Assembly: GCF_009914755.1 (NCBI RefSeq)
Contig: NC_060925.1
DNA length: 64,000 nt
Reading direction: 5' to 3' (one strand)
Origin: the human T2T-CHM13v2.0 reference genome, Homo sapiens
This document shows, piece by piece, positions 17,881 through 38,369 of this stretch (positions within the stretch are counted from its first letter, which is position 1; the number at the start of each line of letters is the position of its first letter). The translations under genes were made by a program, and so were the position numbers. Under the pieces are notes generated by a model. That model worked only from the letters and a program-made list of their open reading frames with translations. It searched no databases and had not been told where the DNA came from.

Positions 17881-20380
17881 AACAGGCCAATTTTGTCTTT
17901 CCTCTCAGAATCCCTGCATCTTACACTGTATATGGTGACCAGGGCTGGGATGGGGCTTCATAGGAAAAAGCCAAAGGATCCTGCAAGGCTTTGTCACCCA
18001 ACAGTCCCCATGGAGGGCTGTCGCAATGATTAAGATGTGCTGCTGCCACTCACGTCACAGGCAGGAAGAGCCAGGGACACTGACACTACTGCACAAAGAA
18101 CCGTCCTGTCCAGTAGGCCAAGCCACACAGTGGCCGACGCTAGGCTAAGACTATCTCGCCCTTTCAGCTGAGTGGCTATCTTTTGGAAAACAGATTGCAG
18201 TTCACAAAGTTCCATCTCCTTGCATTTCAACAAGTGGAACCAAAAAAACCTCCTAAACAAAACCCAGACCTCTTCAGCCACTGTGGCTAGACGTACAGGG
18301 GAACCTCTCGGCCCCAGTTTCCTCATCTATAAAATAAACATCCCCATGGGCTGGTGCCAGAGAGGCAGGAGAGGGGAATTCCATCAGCATGCGCTGAGTG
18401 CGGTGGACCTGGACCTCCGTGGCAACTGCCATTAACTAGCTGGGGGCCCTTCAGCAAGTTACTACACCTCTCTGAGCTCCGGTTTCCTTATCTGCAAAAT
18501 GAGGAAACAGACCTCACAGGGTTGGTGTTGAGAGAATTACAGATAATGACTGTGGGCATCCGGTAAATACTGGCAGAAGGAAGGGGCCACTCTGTGAGTG
18601 AACACTCAATACCAGCCTACAGACTGAAGGTATCCTTCATTTCATGGCATCCCCTGATGCCTGTGCCATGAGTGCACTCCTCAAGACCAAGAATGGACTC
18701 TGCTTAACCACACCCCAGCCCATCCTCTCTGCCTGAACAAGGTCTCAAATCTCAGGACAACCAGGGGTCCACACCACCCTGTGCCCAAAAGAGATTTCAG
18801 GATAGAAGGTGTCTGGAGGGTATACACTGAGGACATGACAACAGCTCACATTGGAAATTCTCAGCAGAGGAACTAACAGCCAAGCCTGGCCGCTGCTCTT
18901 TTGGAGTCTGAGTTCCTCAGTGTCTCAAGACTTTTCACACCAGAAGGATGTGGTGGATTAAGGCTCCTCCTTCCAGTTTCTGAGCACAAAACTGCAACGC
19001 AGGGAGCCCACTCATGTGAAACCAACGACAGCCCATCAGGGTCAAAGCCTCACGACGGAGAAGCCTTCAGCAGCAACACTCTACCTGCCAATCACTGCTG
19101 CAACTGAGAAGGGAAAAGGGCACCGGTACCACCGGAAAATGCCACTGGCTCAATTCTAATTGGAAGCTCCAGCAGATAGGGTGCAATGCAAAAGCATCTT
19201 TTCATAACTTTTTTTGAAAGAAAGATGGGGTCTTACTATGTTGCCCAGGTTGGCCTTGAACTCCTGGGCCCAAGCGATCCTCCCACCTCAGCCTCCTGAG
19301 TAGCTGGGACCACTGACACACACCACAGCACCTGGTTTAACTTTCTATTTTAAGTTAAAGTACTTCACTTGGTAAATACGATGCCTGAATCCACTTACTA
19401 GGGCTCTGAGACAGCAAGCCCAAACACTGTTAAATAAGATACCGAGCCTAACTCAGGAGCATCATGCTGAGTTCAGCACTAGAAGAGGAAGCTGCACAGA
19501 GCAATTGAAGCAGAGGGTGGAGAAGTGCGGGGTCTGAGCCAGTGGTAACAACTGCTTCCAAGCTGCAATGTGGTAAGAGCTCTTGAGACCAGAAACCCTG
19601 GGCTGCTGTTTTCAGCAGTCTGGTGTTTAAACAGAATGAGCCCCTTAAGACCACTCTCCTTGGGCAAGGGACTCTACATCTTGGAGTCTCAGAAGAAGGA
19701 ACTAGCACCTGCCTTCCAGGCTGGTTGGGAAGTTAAATGAAACACCACCTATCATCCATCCATGTTAACAGAATAACCACAATAATAAGAGATAACACTC
19801 CTACTGCACTTACAATGTGCCAGGCATCGTCTACACTTTCCACACATAAACTCAGTCCTCACAATCATCACTACGTGCCAGGTGAATGGCAACCACCAGG
19901 GTTGTTGCCTTACAAGACACGTGACGACACAACTGAAAACCTAACACTAGAAAGTTGTAGGCAAAGGCTCCTGTTCACAAGCATCCAGAGATGTCAGAAA
20001 CATGTGGGGTGACCATAGGAGGAAGCACGGAAAAACGCAGGCAAGCAGCCTCCCTGCCTGTCTGACGCTGTGGACTTCCCCAGGCTGGTTCTGCACTCAC
20101 TCCTGAGTCTTTCAGAACTTTGGACATACTTGCTTCCACCCGCTTCCTCCATTTAACCTTAAGACTCAGATGGCATATTCTATTAGGTCTACCTGACTGC
20201 TCAGTAGACATCCACGGAATGAATGACCCGATGGAAAAAAATCACTAAAGGGAGCATAGCGCAGTGCCAGGACTGCCAGGTGGGCCTCGGTTTCCTCACC
20301 TGCATAATGAGGGTGACATGAGAATCTGCCTCGTAGGGCTGGCTGGAATATTAAAAAGTCATCAGTCAAAACTAGCTCCT

Positions 20381-20683
<303 letters not shown>

Positions 20684-23600
20684 CTAGCTTCTGTTATTCC
20701 TACAGCTGCCATGCAGAGCCCGCCACCCCACCATCTCCCTCAGCAGACTGGTGTCTTAGGCACCAGAACCTAATGCTGTGTGCATCAGGCTGAACTTGGT
20801 GCCACCTGCAGTCACAGAGTCACTGGCTGGATGGATCACTGGGCTACCCAGACTGAAATCCCCATTCAGTTGTTAACAGGCTCTCAAGGCTTTGCAGACA
20901 CCACTATCTAGGATTTAGACTGACCTGAAATAGCTGTGTGTCAATGATAAACTGTCCAATCAGAACACCTACATGGGACAGCTCTGGGGTAGACCCCCTC
21001 AGCTCCAGAGGTGGTAAATCATTCCGTGTCACTCTGCCTTTATCTCCTTCCACCATCCCTTCCTTTCCACACCCACAGCTGCACAGTGGCCAGGACCCTC
21101 ATAAGCTCACAAGCTGATGCTTGTGGAGGCCTCTCTCCCATCTCTTTCACCTCCCAGGCCTCCTGCATGCACAGCCAGAGGGCTCTTCCTAAAATACCAC
21201 CGCTCTGCCAGCCTCCTCGAATTTCTACCTGCCCTGTCAAAAATTTCACTGGCTCCACACTGTCCCAGATCTAATGCAAACTCCTTAGCTTAGCAACTCA
21301 GGCACTCCACAACTCACTCCTGAGACTGAGGCACCCCATGGGCTCGCATCTACTGCTTGTGTGACCACACCCCCTGACCTCTGCTTTTGTGCCAGTCCCC
21401 TTGACCATACCCCACCCTGTCCTCTCTGCCTGAGCACACTCTTCCCAGGCTTCATGCCCAGCCCCCAAGCCGACTGCAGGCTGGAGTGGTCTGCAGGGCT
21501 GCGTGGAGGAGGGGGAAATGCAAGCCAGGCCTGCAGGGATGGGCAGACCACAGCACCCATGGGTCCCTGGCTAAGTCTTTTCTAGTACTACTTCATTCCT
21601 GCTGCACTTGGCTTTTTGGACGCATCTTGCCTCCCCCTCCCAGATTAGAGTACAGGGATGATGGCTTCTATTTGTGTCCCTTATTCTGTGGTATGCAGAA
21701 TAAGACATGCAACAACCACAGCTACTGTGTGCCAAGCACTGGAGTAAGTACATTACAAATTTCACCCCTACTCCCCATCTCTATAAAATGTTATCCTCAT
21801 GCGACGGACCAGGAAAACTGAGACCGAGGGAATTAGCCGCCTCACTGACAGTCACATGCTGAGTGGCAGACAGGACTCAAATCCAGATGTGCCCAACTGC
21901 AGAGACCATGTTCTGTGGAGCAGGCAGCCGCCTCTCAGCTCTCACTCAGTGTTTATGTAGCTGGCGCTAAGTGCCAGGCAGCCAGTGCAAGGTGTGGGGT
22001 ACTCAGAGGGAACCAAACAGACAAGGTCCCTGCTCTCACAGAGCTCATATGCTCTGTCCCCAGCCCTGTCTCTCTTCTTCCAAGCCTGGAAGAGGGCAGG
22101 AACCCTCCAGTCACAGGGGGTTCCACTGGCACAAACAAGGAATTCGGGCCTGACATATAGCATGAGGCTCTGGCAACACATGGTGCCCAGCTCACAGTGA
22201 GCTTGTCTTTAATGGAGAAAAGAGCCCCAGGCTCTATTAGGTAAGTTGTGCGTTCAAGGCACAACCCAGAGCCAGACAAACTCCAAAGCAGCCATCGGCA
22301 GGCAGTACGGAGTGGAGAAAAACGGTTTGCTCTGGAGTCAGAAAACCCAATTCCTCCACTTAGTAGCTAGACAGGGACTAACCATACACCCCTTTGCACA
22401 CTTTTGGAAAATGGTGATAATAACAATAGTTAATGTTTACATCACTATGTGCCAGATGCTACTGGATGCACTTGACAGATATTACTTAACCCTCATTACG
22501 ACCTTATGCAGAGGTACTGTTATCCTAAAGCAGTCTGGCTCCTAACTCTATTTTCTTGTACTATGCTGCCTCCAGCCTAAAGTTGAACCTACCTTGTCAG
22601 GCTGTGGTGAGGACCGTTCTAACAGAGTGCATAGCATGTGGCTGGTGCTCCATAACCATTAAACCTCCCTTTCCTTCCACTGAAACATGAATCTGTGAAA
22701 GCCTAGGTCTGGAAATAGCATATGGCTCTAGCTGGTCCCAATATGGGTGATCTTGCAGTTGCATCCCCTGGAATTCCACACCGCACCCTCACTGGTGGAT
22801 CTGCTGCAAGGGGAAATGGGACAAGATCCTGTATTTACGGGGCCCTCTGCTCACTGTGTTCTGGAAAACACAGTGAGTGGGGTCCAGCACATGACTTGGG
22901 CTGACAGGGATCCGAATCCCAGGCCTGCTGTTCACACCGGTCACTCAAGCTCTCAAGCTTCAGGTTCCTTGTGAGTAAAATGGGGGCTGGGCTATAACCT
23001 AAGTCATGTTTCTGGGTCACAGCAGATCCTCGGGTACCCGGGTTGGACAGGCTGGACAAAGCTACCCAGGCTGGACTTCCAAGGTACTGTAAGGTTTCAT
23101 TTCGGGGCCCCAGAAAGCCTTGGCTGTGCAGAGGAGCGGACTGCGTGCACGTGCAATCCAATTCCACCCAATGGCAGACACAAGAGAAGACACACCCCAA
23201 AAGGCCTGGGAGTGGAGCCTGGCACAAGCCCCCAGCTTTCTCTTCAGTTTCCTGCCATAGCTCATGCAGATGTGCCTGCAGGTACACTGAACAAGGCTCT
23301 TTCCCCCTTAAGCTTTAGGTAACGATGACATCCCCACCCCTCAACAATGTGAGCCATGAGGGCAGAGATCCTTGTCTTGCATCCTCAGCACATAAGCACC
23401 ACAGAGTAGGCACTTAATACACAAAAAGCTGAATTAACATTATCCTGTAGCTGCAGGTACCCCACAACATGCCTCAGTATTTGCCTAACAATAAGCATTT
23501 CCCAGCCTGGAGGGAGGGCAGGCTTCTAACGGGCGAGGCACCTGCCCTGCCACCATTTCCCTGTGGTCAGTCATGTCCTGTTCCCCACCTCATGGAATGT

Positions 23601-25642
23601 AAAAGTATAGGATGTCTGAGTTATAAATAGGAGCATCTGCTTTCAAAGACACGGCTTATCATTTCCTTAATCTCAAGCCACTGATCACTGCCTACTTTTT
23701 ATAAGCATGCCACCAAAAAGAGGCCAGGTGGGCTTAAATGAACAGGGCTGTATAGACAGACAAGAGGGATGTGAGTTGAACAATGTATCTTATCCACATC
23801 AAGAGACATTAATGTCAACTATGTTGTTTCACCTTGTAACAATACCAAGTTCCCATCAGCTCCTGCCAGGCAAAACCATCTGTGAGCTGGAGCAGCAATT
23901 CCTGAGGGGGCCTCCCTAGTCCCCGTTCCTGCTAAAGCCTCACCATCATCATAACTAAGAATAATTCCCAAGTCAGAAACTGAAGCTGTGTAAGGAACGG
24001 TGCTCTGAAATTGTACAGCACTCAGACAGTGGTAAGATTATTACCTGCTAAGGGAATGCAAATAAATTCCATTTGCCTATGCATTTTAACTGGGAAGGAG
24101 AAACTCATGCCAACAAAAATCATGGAATTCATTCCAAAGTCAAATGCATTTTAGATTCTCAAGTCACTATTTCCCTCAATGGATAACAGAGATCTAGCTG
24201 TATTCTCTACCATCAAATCTACTGAAAATGAAAAACATGGTGATCTGAATTCATTTACCTACAATGCAACCTCACACCACCACTTCTGTCCTACGCCAAC
24301 CATCTACACCGGCTTAATGGTCAGAGTATTCAAATAGGGGATACACGTAACAATAAGCAGTCAGAAATTACAAGGCTAAGGGATACTAAGAACAAGTGAC
24401 TGAGAGAATGAATATGAAATCCAAGCAGGTAAGTTCATGGACACAGACACATGCCAAAGAGAACATTCCAAGTGGTTTCTTCCAACGCCAGGTGCTGTTC
24501 TAGGCCCCACGGATACAGCTGCGGAAAACACAAGACACAAATCTCTGCCCTCCAAGAGCTCATTCTGGCCCATGCTAAATATGCCTGTATCACCATACAG
24601 CTATTTCACTATAAACATGATTTCCTATACAAAGGATCTAAAATACAATACATGGGCAATAAATACTGCTCCTCCCCCCTTGCCATGTTTGAATATCCCA
24701 TTTTATGTTTTTCAAACGGTATCATTAAACCTTCTGACATACAAGCAGCTTGGTACAATGGGAAGAACAGTTTAGAGCCTGCCAGATGGGCTTCCACTGA
24801 CCAACAGTGGTTCCTCCACTGGCTGAGCAACACCCTGAATAAGTCACTCCACCTCCTGAGCCTCAGCTGCCTCATCTATAAAATGGGGACAGCCCCAGAA
24901 GGGCTTCCTGTGGATGAAAACAGCTTGTACAGGTGAAGCACACCACAGTGACTGGCAGACAGTTCCTCCACCCTTTCCAGCCTTTTCAGATGAGAGCTGA
25001 GTACAAGACTCCTGAGAAGCTTCAGGTGTCATGTGCTCCTCCTGGGGGACTGAGGCACTTTCCCATCACCTGGCGAGAATCGCTGCTTCCTGCCTTATAC
25101 TTTGTCCTGAGTGCACACTCAGGAAACTTCAGCCCACTTTCAAAGTCCTCACCCACCACTGCCCTGGAGAAGTCGTTCTCCATCAAGGCCTGGGGCCAGG
25201 CCCACCTCCCCAAACAAGGAGTTTTCAGCCAAAGTTACTGGACAAATCCGAAGGCCTTAAAAGTGGCATTGCCCATGTTTTTAATCAGCATACAGGAAGG
25301 CATCAAAAGAAAGCTTAACCCATCTCAACTACTCACCCTCGTTCAGCAGCAACATCCCTTGACTAAACAAGGAACCATGGTCCTCAAAACACTTTGAGGC
25401 CCAAAGTCCACATACAAACATGCTCCAAAAATCCCTTGATCCTGTCAGGAAGAAGTTCTCTGGCCCTTCCAACCTAAGTGCTGGGCCTGTCCTGCAGAAG
25501 GGTCAAGTGGCAGGAGGGCAGGTCTATCTGTGGGGGCCTATGTGAAACCCCAGGTTCCTCAAAAGTCTGGATAGCATCTGCCTTCTTTACCAAAACAAAC
25601 ACCACGAGCGGAGCCAGCACTCTCCCTAGGCGTTCTGCTCAC

Positions 25643-25732
25643 CTGATCCGAGGGACTTCCATAATCAGCAGTTCCAACCCTTGCAAGCTGACAGTTCAGA
25701 GGGAAGGGGAGGCTGCGCCTGCTTGGGTGCAT
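25643..25732 (-). CDS. CAPZB: CAPZB alternative first coding exon, germ-cell/testis beta3 N-terminal extension (MHPSRRSLPFPLNCQLARVGTADYGSPSDQ)
   Basis: 30 codons from ATG 25732 ending CAG|GTGAGC, a strong phase-0 donor, the same phase as the exon-1 ATG. The peptide matches the remembered CapZ beta3 N-terminus. Confidence 0.92.
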
Positions 25733-26888
25733 CGTGTCCAGGCCATATGCTGGATCCAGGGCCTGGTGGCCCCCCAAGGCCACGGCCTCACAAGGGCGAT
25801 TGTGCGTTCATCCTTGTCCTGTGGGCCACCCATCCTCGCCCCTCGGCTCCCACTCAGGCCCGGGCGCCGTGGACCCCGGCCTGCCCTGCAGAATGCTTCG
25901 CACGCACAGCACCCACGGCGGCAGCCTCGAGAAGGGCCCGCAGAGCAGCGCGCTGCCTTCTGGGCACACCGATGCCCGCCCTTCCCTCGCTGGCTCCTAG
26001 GCGGCCTCCCTAGAAGCGGCAACTGAGAAGGCACAGCACCGGGACCACCCCATCCCTGATGGAGAGCTCCCCTCGCTCCCCAAAGGCTGCAAAGAAGGCG
26101 CGCCCCAGGTACAGGGAAGGGGACCCTGGGTCGTGCACCAGGCAGGGGGCAGGACCCTGATGAGAGGCTCAGGGCGGGGACCGAGCGGGGCTGACGCAGG
26201 TTACGCTAGGAGTGGCGAAAAGTCCAGGGAAGGGGATCATGGTGGGGAGGGGGCAGTGAGGTCCAGACGGGGGCCATGGGCGGAGAAGAGGAGGTCCAGA
26301 TTTAAGTTCACAGAGAGAAGAGGAGATTCAGGCTGAGGCCACGGAGAAGAGGGGAAGCAAACCTAGGCCGCTGCAGAAGGGGCTGACCGGGGTCCAGCCT
26401 GAGGCCATGGAGAAGGCAAAGGGGGAGGGACAGAGGGAGGCAGCGGCCTAGCCTGGGCCATGGCAGGGAGAAACGACGGCCTAGCCTGGGCCGGAGAGAC
26501 GGGGGAAAGCAGACCTAGCCCTAGACCGGGGGAGGAAGGGGGCCCACGCCAGGGTCACCGAGGGGGTGCCTGGCTGGGGACACGGTTCGGGAGGGAGGGT
26601 CTAGCCTGGGCTATGGGAGAGACCAGCCTGAACACAGAGGTAGTGAGTGGGACTCCAGCTTGCGCCAAGGGCGGGGGCTGGGAGCGGGGGCAGGGTCACT
26701 GCCACCCAAGTCGTCCGCGCCGGCGGCACCCTCCTGGGCGGGGAGGGACCGGGTCCACCCAGGGTCCGGGACCCCGCCCCTCCCCCACCCCGGGAAGCCA
26801 CCCGTCCCAGGCCAGGGATGGGCAGGGGGAGGGGGACGCGAGCTCCGGAGGGGCCCCCGGGCCGGGGAGGGGGCCGTGCGGCCTTTAC

Positions 26889-26891
26889 CAT
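26889..26891 (-). CDS. CAPZB: CAPZB exon 1 coding part (initiator ATG only, beta1/beta2 isoforms)
   Basis: The minus strand reads GCCGCCGCCGCCGCCACC-ATG followed at once by splice donor GTAAAG, inside a CpG island. This fits CAPZB (M|SDQQ...), and the recognisable beta3 exon lies 1.2 kb downstream. Confidence 0.9.
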
Positions 26892-27000
26892 GGTGGCGGC
26901 GGCGGCGGCGGTCCCGGTCCCGGCGTCAGTGGCTCTCCCCCCCGCAGCAGGGCCCGGCGCTTCCACTTCCCCGGGTGCCCAGGAGTGAACATCCGGGTCA
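26892..27000 (-). other. CAPZB: CAPZB exon 1 5'UTR (TSS approximate)
   Basis: GC-rich leader upstream of the Kozak ATG and downstream of the CCAAT/GC boxes. The exact TSS cannot be read from sequence. Confidence 0.65.
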
Positions 27001-27745
27001 GCACCCCCCTCCCCCCGCGCCGGGCCGCCGCCACCTTCCTTCCCCGCCCCGGCCCGGCCCGGGCCCGCCCCCCACGCCGCCAGCTCGCGGCCAATGAGCG
27101 CGCGGGGCTGCGGCGATCGCCAAGTATGGAGAGCGGCGCGAGAGGCGGGCGCCGACGGGGTGCGGGGGCGGGGCCTGCGAGGCGGGGCGGGGCGCGGCGC
27201 TGCGCGGCGCGGCTGCCGGGAGTCCCCGGCACGGGTTGCGGGCCGGGGCGGAAAGGTCTCCTGGCTGTCTGAGGTCCAGTCCCCGACTCTGGGCCTGCAG
27301 CAGCGAGTGGCGGCGAGGGAACCGCACCCCACAGTCCCCGCGGGCGGGGATGCGGAAGGCACCGCGGCTGGGAGGGGACCGGCCCTCCGCGCCCCACCCC
27401 GTGCACGCGCTCATTCCTGCGGCGCACCCGGAACTGCCGCCGAGCGCGGACCGGCCCGGCCCAGCCCAACCCAGCCCAACCCAGCACTGGGGGAGCGCGC
27501 CGGGAGCGGGGCAGGAGCCCAGCGCTGCCGCTCGCTACGGCAGGATCTGGAGCGCCGCGCTGCACCTGAGCCCGGGCACGAATTGAGGAGCCTCGGGCTG
27601 ACGCCATTTATTCAGCACCTACTATGTGCCAGGCCTTGTTTAGGCACCGGAAGATAACAGATAAGACATAAAGATCCCTGCCGGTATAGCTGCAGACAGA
27701 ATATCTGTGAGGATGACACAGGTAGAGATTAGAAAATTAAGTTCA

Positions 27746-31720
<3,975 letters not shown>

Positions 31721-32224
31721 GTGGTGTCCTTCTTGGATACCAAGGGATGGAGGCCAAGCCTGAAGGAAAGTTCATTCACTGGACAGGTCACTCCACAGAT
31801 TGGCTGCCCACTGCTCAGATCCTGCCCCTAGATCCATCAGCTATTGCTATGAGCATGGAGACACATGGCATTAAACATGGTCATCTACAAGGGGTTGTGA
31901 ATTGGTATGCAGGCACTATAAATTTTGTTTATTTTAAAATTTTTTGGCCAAGCATGGTAGCTCACGCCTGTAATCCCAGCACTTTGGAAGCCTAGGTGGG
32001 AGTATTGCTTAAACCCAGGAGTTCGAGACCTCACTGACAAAGTGAGACCCCGTCTCTATAAAAAAGTCAAATAATTAGGCATGGTGGCACATGCCACTGG
32101 TCCCAGCTACACAGGAGGCTGAGGCAGGAAGATTCCTTCAGCCCAGGAGATTAAGGCTGCAGTGAGCCATGATTGCACCACTGCATTCCAACCTGCACAA
32201 CAGAGTGAGACCCTCGTATCCAAA

Positions 32225-32256
<32 letters not shown>

Positions 32257-32399
32257 AACTTTATAATTTAAATAGGGACGGGATCTCACCATGTTGGTCA
32301 GACTGATCTTGAACTCCTGGGCCCAAGTGATTCTCCTGCCTTGGCCTCCCAAAGTGTTGGGATATCAGGTGTGAGCCACAACATCCAGGCCATAAATAT

Positions 32400-35301
<2,902 letters not shown>

Positions 35302-35680
35302 CCAAGCCATATAATACCATCACCTGAGGAAGGAAGCAGCAACCTTGAGGTCCTTGAAAGACAGCCTTCTACCCTATGCCAAATCAGCTCATACAGGACC
35401 CATTAAAGCAGACATTGCCCAGAAGTTGCCCAACATCTGTCTTTCCTTCTTCAATTACATCTATTAATTGGGTTAATAAATGCACAGTTATCCCAGGAGC
35501 TGGGGATTGCCTAGCTCCTAAATTACCTCCCGTCTAACAGGTCTGGGCCTGTTTCCTAAGTTGGGCATCTTCTCAAGTTACTAACACGGTTTTAGGTGTT
35601 TTACCGTGTCTTTAGAAATGCCTGAGAACCCTTAGAATAAGCCAGATTTTAACCCCTCAATACACTGAATTCTACAGCTA

Positions 35681-35917
<237 letters not shown>

Positions 35918-38369
35918 TCAGCTACTCAGGAGGTCGAGGCATGAGAATTGCTTGAACCTGTGAGGCAGAGGTTTCAGTGAGCTGAGATCACGCCACTGCA
36001 CTCCAGCCTGGGTGACCACAGAGACTCTGTCTCAAAAAAAAAAAAAGAATCTTTGTTACCAAGAGTTCCAAGAGGGAGGGAACACCACATGGCAAGGCCA
36101 TCTGCACCATCATTCAGTTGGCTTCGAGGTCACTGCTGGGGTACCTCCCAGGTATGAATACCGTCTCTTTCCTACAACTTAACCCTGTCTCATTTTCAGA
36201 CATTTAGTTTGGGTGGGGTTCAGCCCACCCCCAGCTCTAGAAGAGAGGATTCTGATTGACCAAAGTCAAAGTATAGCCTTGGCCATGCTAATTGGTTTGC
36301 AGATCAGCCCCTGAACTAATTTGGGCCAGGGTGCTTTCTGCGGAACAGTAATCAAAATGAACTCGGCCTGAAGAGGGGCAGTTCACCAAGTAAGTTTGGG
36401 AAATCCTGTAAACAATATTCCCTCTTGGGGATTTTATTTTCTCAAGAACCTTACACTTCAATTATCCTGTCTCTCCCCAGATTGTTCAACTAATGATTAC
36501 TGTGGTTTTAAACATGCCTAAGTGTTCTGATTTTTTTTTTTTTTAAAGAAAGAAACCTACGTGAATTCCTCATCTTCTCCAGCTTACCGCCACCTCCTCC
36601 CTTTCCCAGCTGGAGAATTGTCTGTGTTTCCTCCTTCCACTTCCTAACCTCCCATTCGCTTACGTAACTCCTCCACTGAAATAGCTCTGAGGTCACCCAT
36701 AACCTTCATGTTGAAGGTCACATGCACAACTTTCTTTTAAAATTTTTTTTTTTTTTTTTTTTGAGACAGGGTCTCGTTTTGTTGCCCGGGCTGGTCTCAA
36801 ACTCCTGGGCTGAAGCACGAAGCACTCCTCCCTTCCCAGCCTCCCATAGTGCTGGGATCACAGGCATGAGCCACCTTGCCGGGCCACATGCACAGTTTTC
36901 AAACTTCACCTCCTGTAACTTCCCAGTAGCCTCTGGTGCTTTGGCCACGTCCTCCCTCCTTGAAGCACTCTTTCCCATTGGCTTCCATGACATCATGTGA
37001 CTCTCCTAGTCTTAATCCTACCTCTACGCTCCTTCTCTGGGTTCTCTGGAGACTCCTTCTCCTCCACACACCTACTAAACGATGGAGTTCCTTGAGATTT
37101 GGTAGCAGGTTCTTTCCTTCTCTAACTTTGCCCTTTTTCCTTAGGCAATTTCAGCCATGTTCATTTCTTCAGTTACCAGTGGCCTCAGCCCTGGAGCTGG
37201 CAGATGGGGACCTGATGATCAGGGAGGGAAACTGTTTCCCTGATGATGGGGGAAATCAGGATACTGTTACCAAAAGAAGGAGAAGGGCTGCTGAAAAGTA
37301 GAGAGAAGGAAAGAAAGAAACAGATGGGCATTACGGGCATCCTGAGTAAGCTCTGGCAAGTGAATGAAACAGACTTATTTGTGGTCTCAGAAATTTCTAG
37401 TCATTGAAACCTTAAGCAGGACTGAGTACAGGCCAAAAAAAAAAAATGCTGATTTCCTTTGAAGACAGAAAATTGTGTGGTTTGTAGAGGAGGCAGCCTC
37501 AGCTAGACAGCTTAGATCAACTTTTTCCAGCCTTCAGCATCTTGAAAGTACATGTAGCAGGGAGCAGGGAGGTGGACAGACCACTAGCAATCCACTTCTT
37601 TTTAATGCATCCCCAAAGTCTTCAGTGCCAAGAGGATACTTTACTCTGAGGTTAGACACAATCATCTCAGGGTTTTTGCTTTTGCTTTTCTAATAGGTAC
37701 CTGGGAGAACTCACAGCTGCCTTCTGCTGGACCAGAAGTATTTGTATCCTGACCATCTATGGGGTCTTGGTCAGAGTTATGGAAGGGCCTCTCACATGCA
37801 GGCCAGCTGTTGGAGTTTTTATATGCATATTTGGGAAACTTCACGTTTAGTGTATTAAGCTGGCCAGCCAGTCACCCACCAGGGTTGGGCTGGACTCTAC
37901 AATGTGTCTAATGCTGACTCTTCCTTTAGATTCAGCATAATCACCCTCTTATCCTGGTAATATCTCTGACAGTCCCCTCAAAAGCTGGGTTTGGGACCCC
38001 CTGTTCTGTGTTGCCATGGAAACTTCTACTTTGTGTACCTTATCAGATCACTTTTCACTTGGTCCCTACTGCGCTATGGCTCCTTGAGGCAGGGACTGTG
38101 AGTCATATCACTAACAATTAGCATGGAACCTGGGATATGGCACAATATGAATGAAGCCTGTCAAATTGTGAGCCAGAGAACCTCCAGTCATCCAGGATGC
38201 AAACCTCAGCCATCCTCTACTTCTCCAAAATCCTCATCTCTCATTCCAGTCAGACACTGCAGTGTTCCAAATGAAGCTAAACTACATGCAGAACTGACAT
38301 AGGACCTGATAAAGTGGTAGGACTTGAGAAAAATCTAGTGAAAGGCTGGAATAAAAGATCAGAGCAATG

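Larger units (their letters stand above)
25790..27610. promoter_or_regulatory. CAPZB: CpG island promoter of CAPZB
   Basis: Very high GC and CpG density. CCAAT box (GGCCAATGAG ~27089-27098), GC boxes (CCCCGCCCC ~27042; GGGGCGGGGC ~27165-27195), ETS-like ACATCCGG/CACTTCC (~26964-26997), no TATA. Confidence 0.9.

Noticed and set aside
24437-25397. Plus-strand ORFs of 112-161 aa near the promoter
   Set aside because: Overlap L2/MIR-like fragments and resemble no known protein; chance ORFs.
26460-27657. Long overlapping ORFs (113-270 aa) on both strands
   Set aside because: Stop-codon depletion in the GC-rich CpG island; low-complexity Gly/Pro/Arg/Ala content with no domain.
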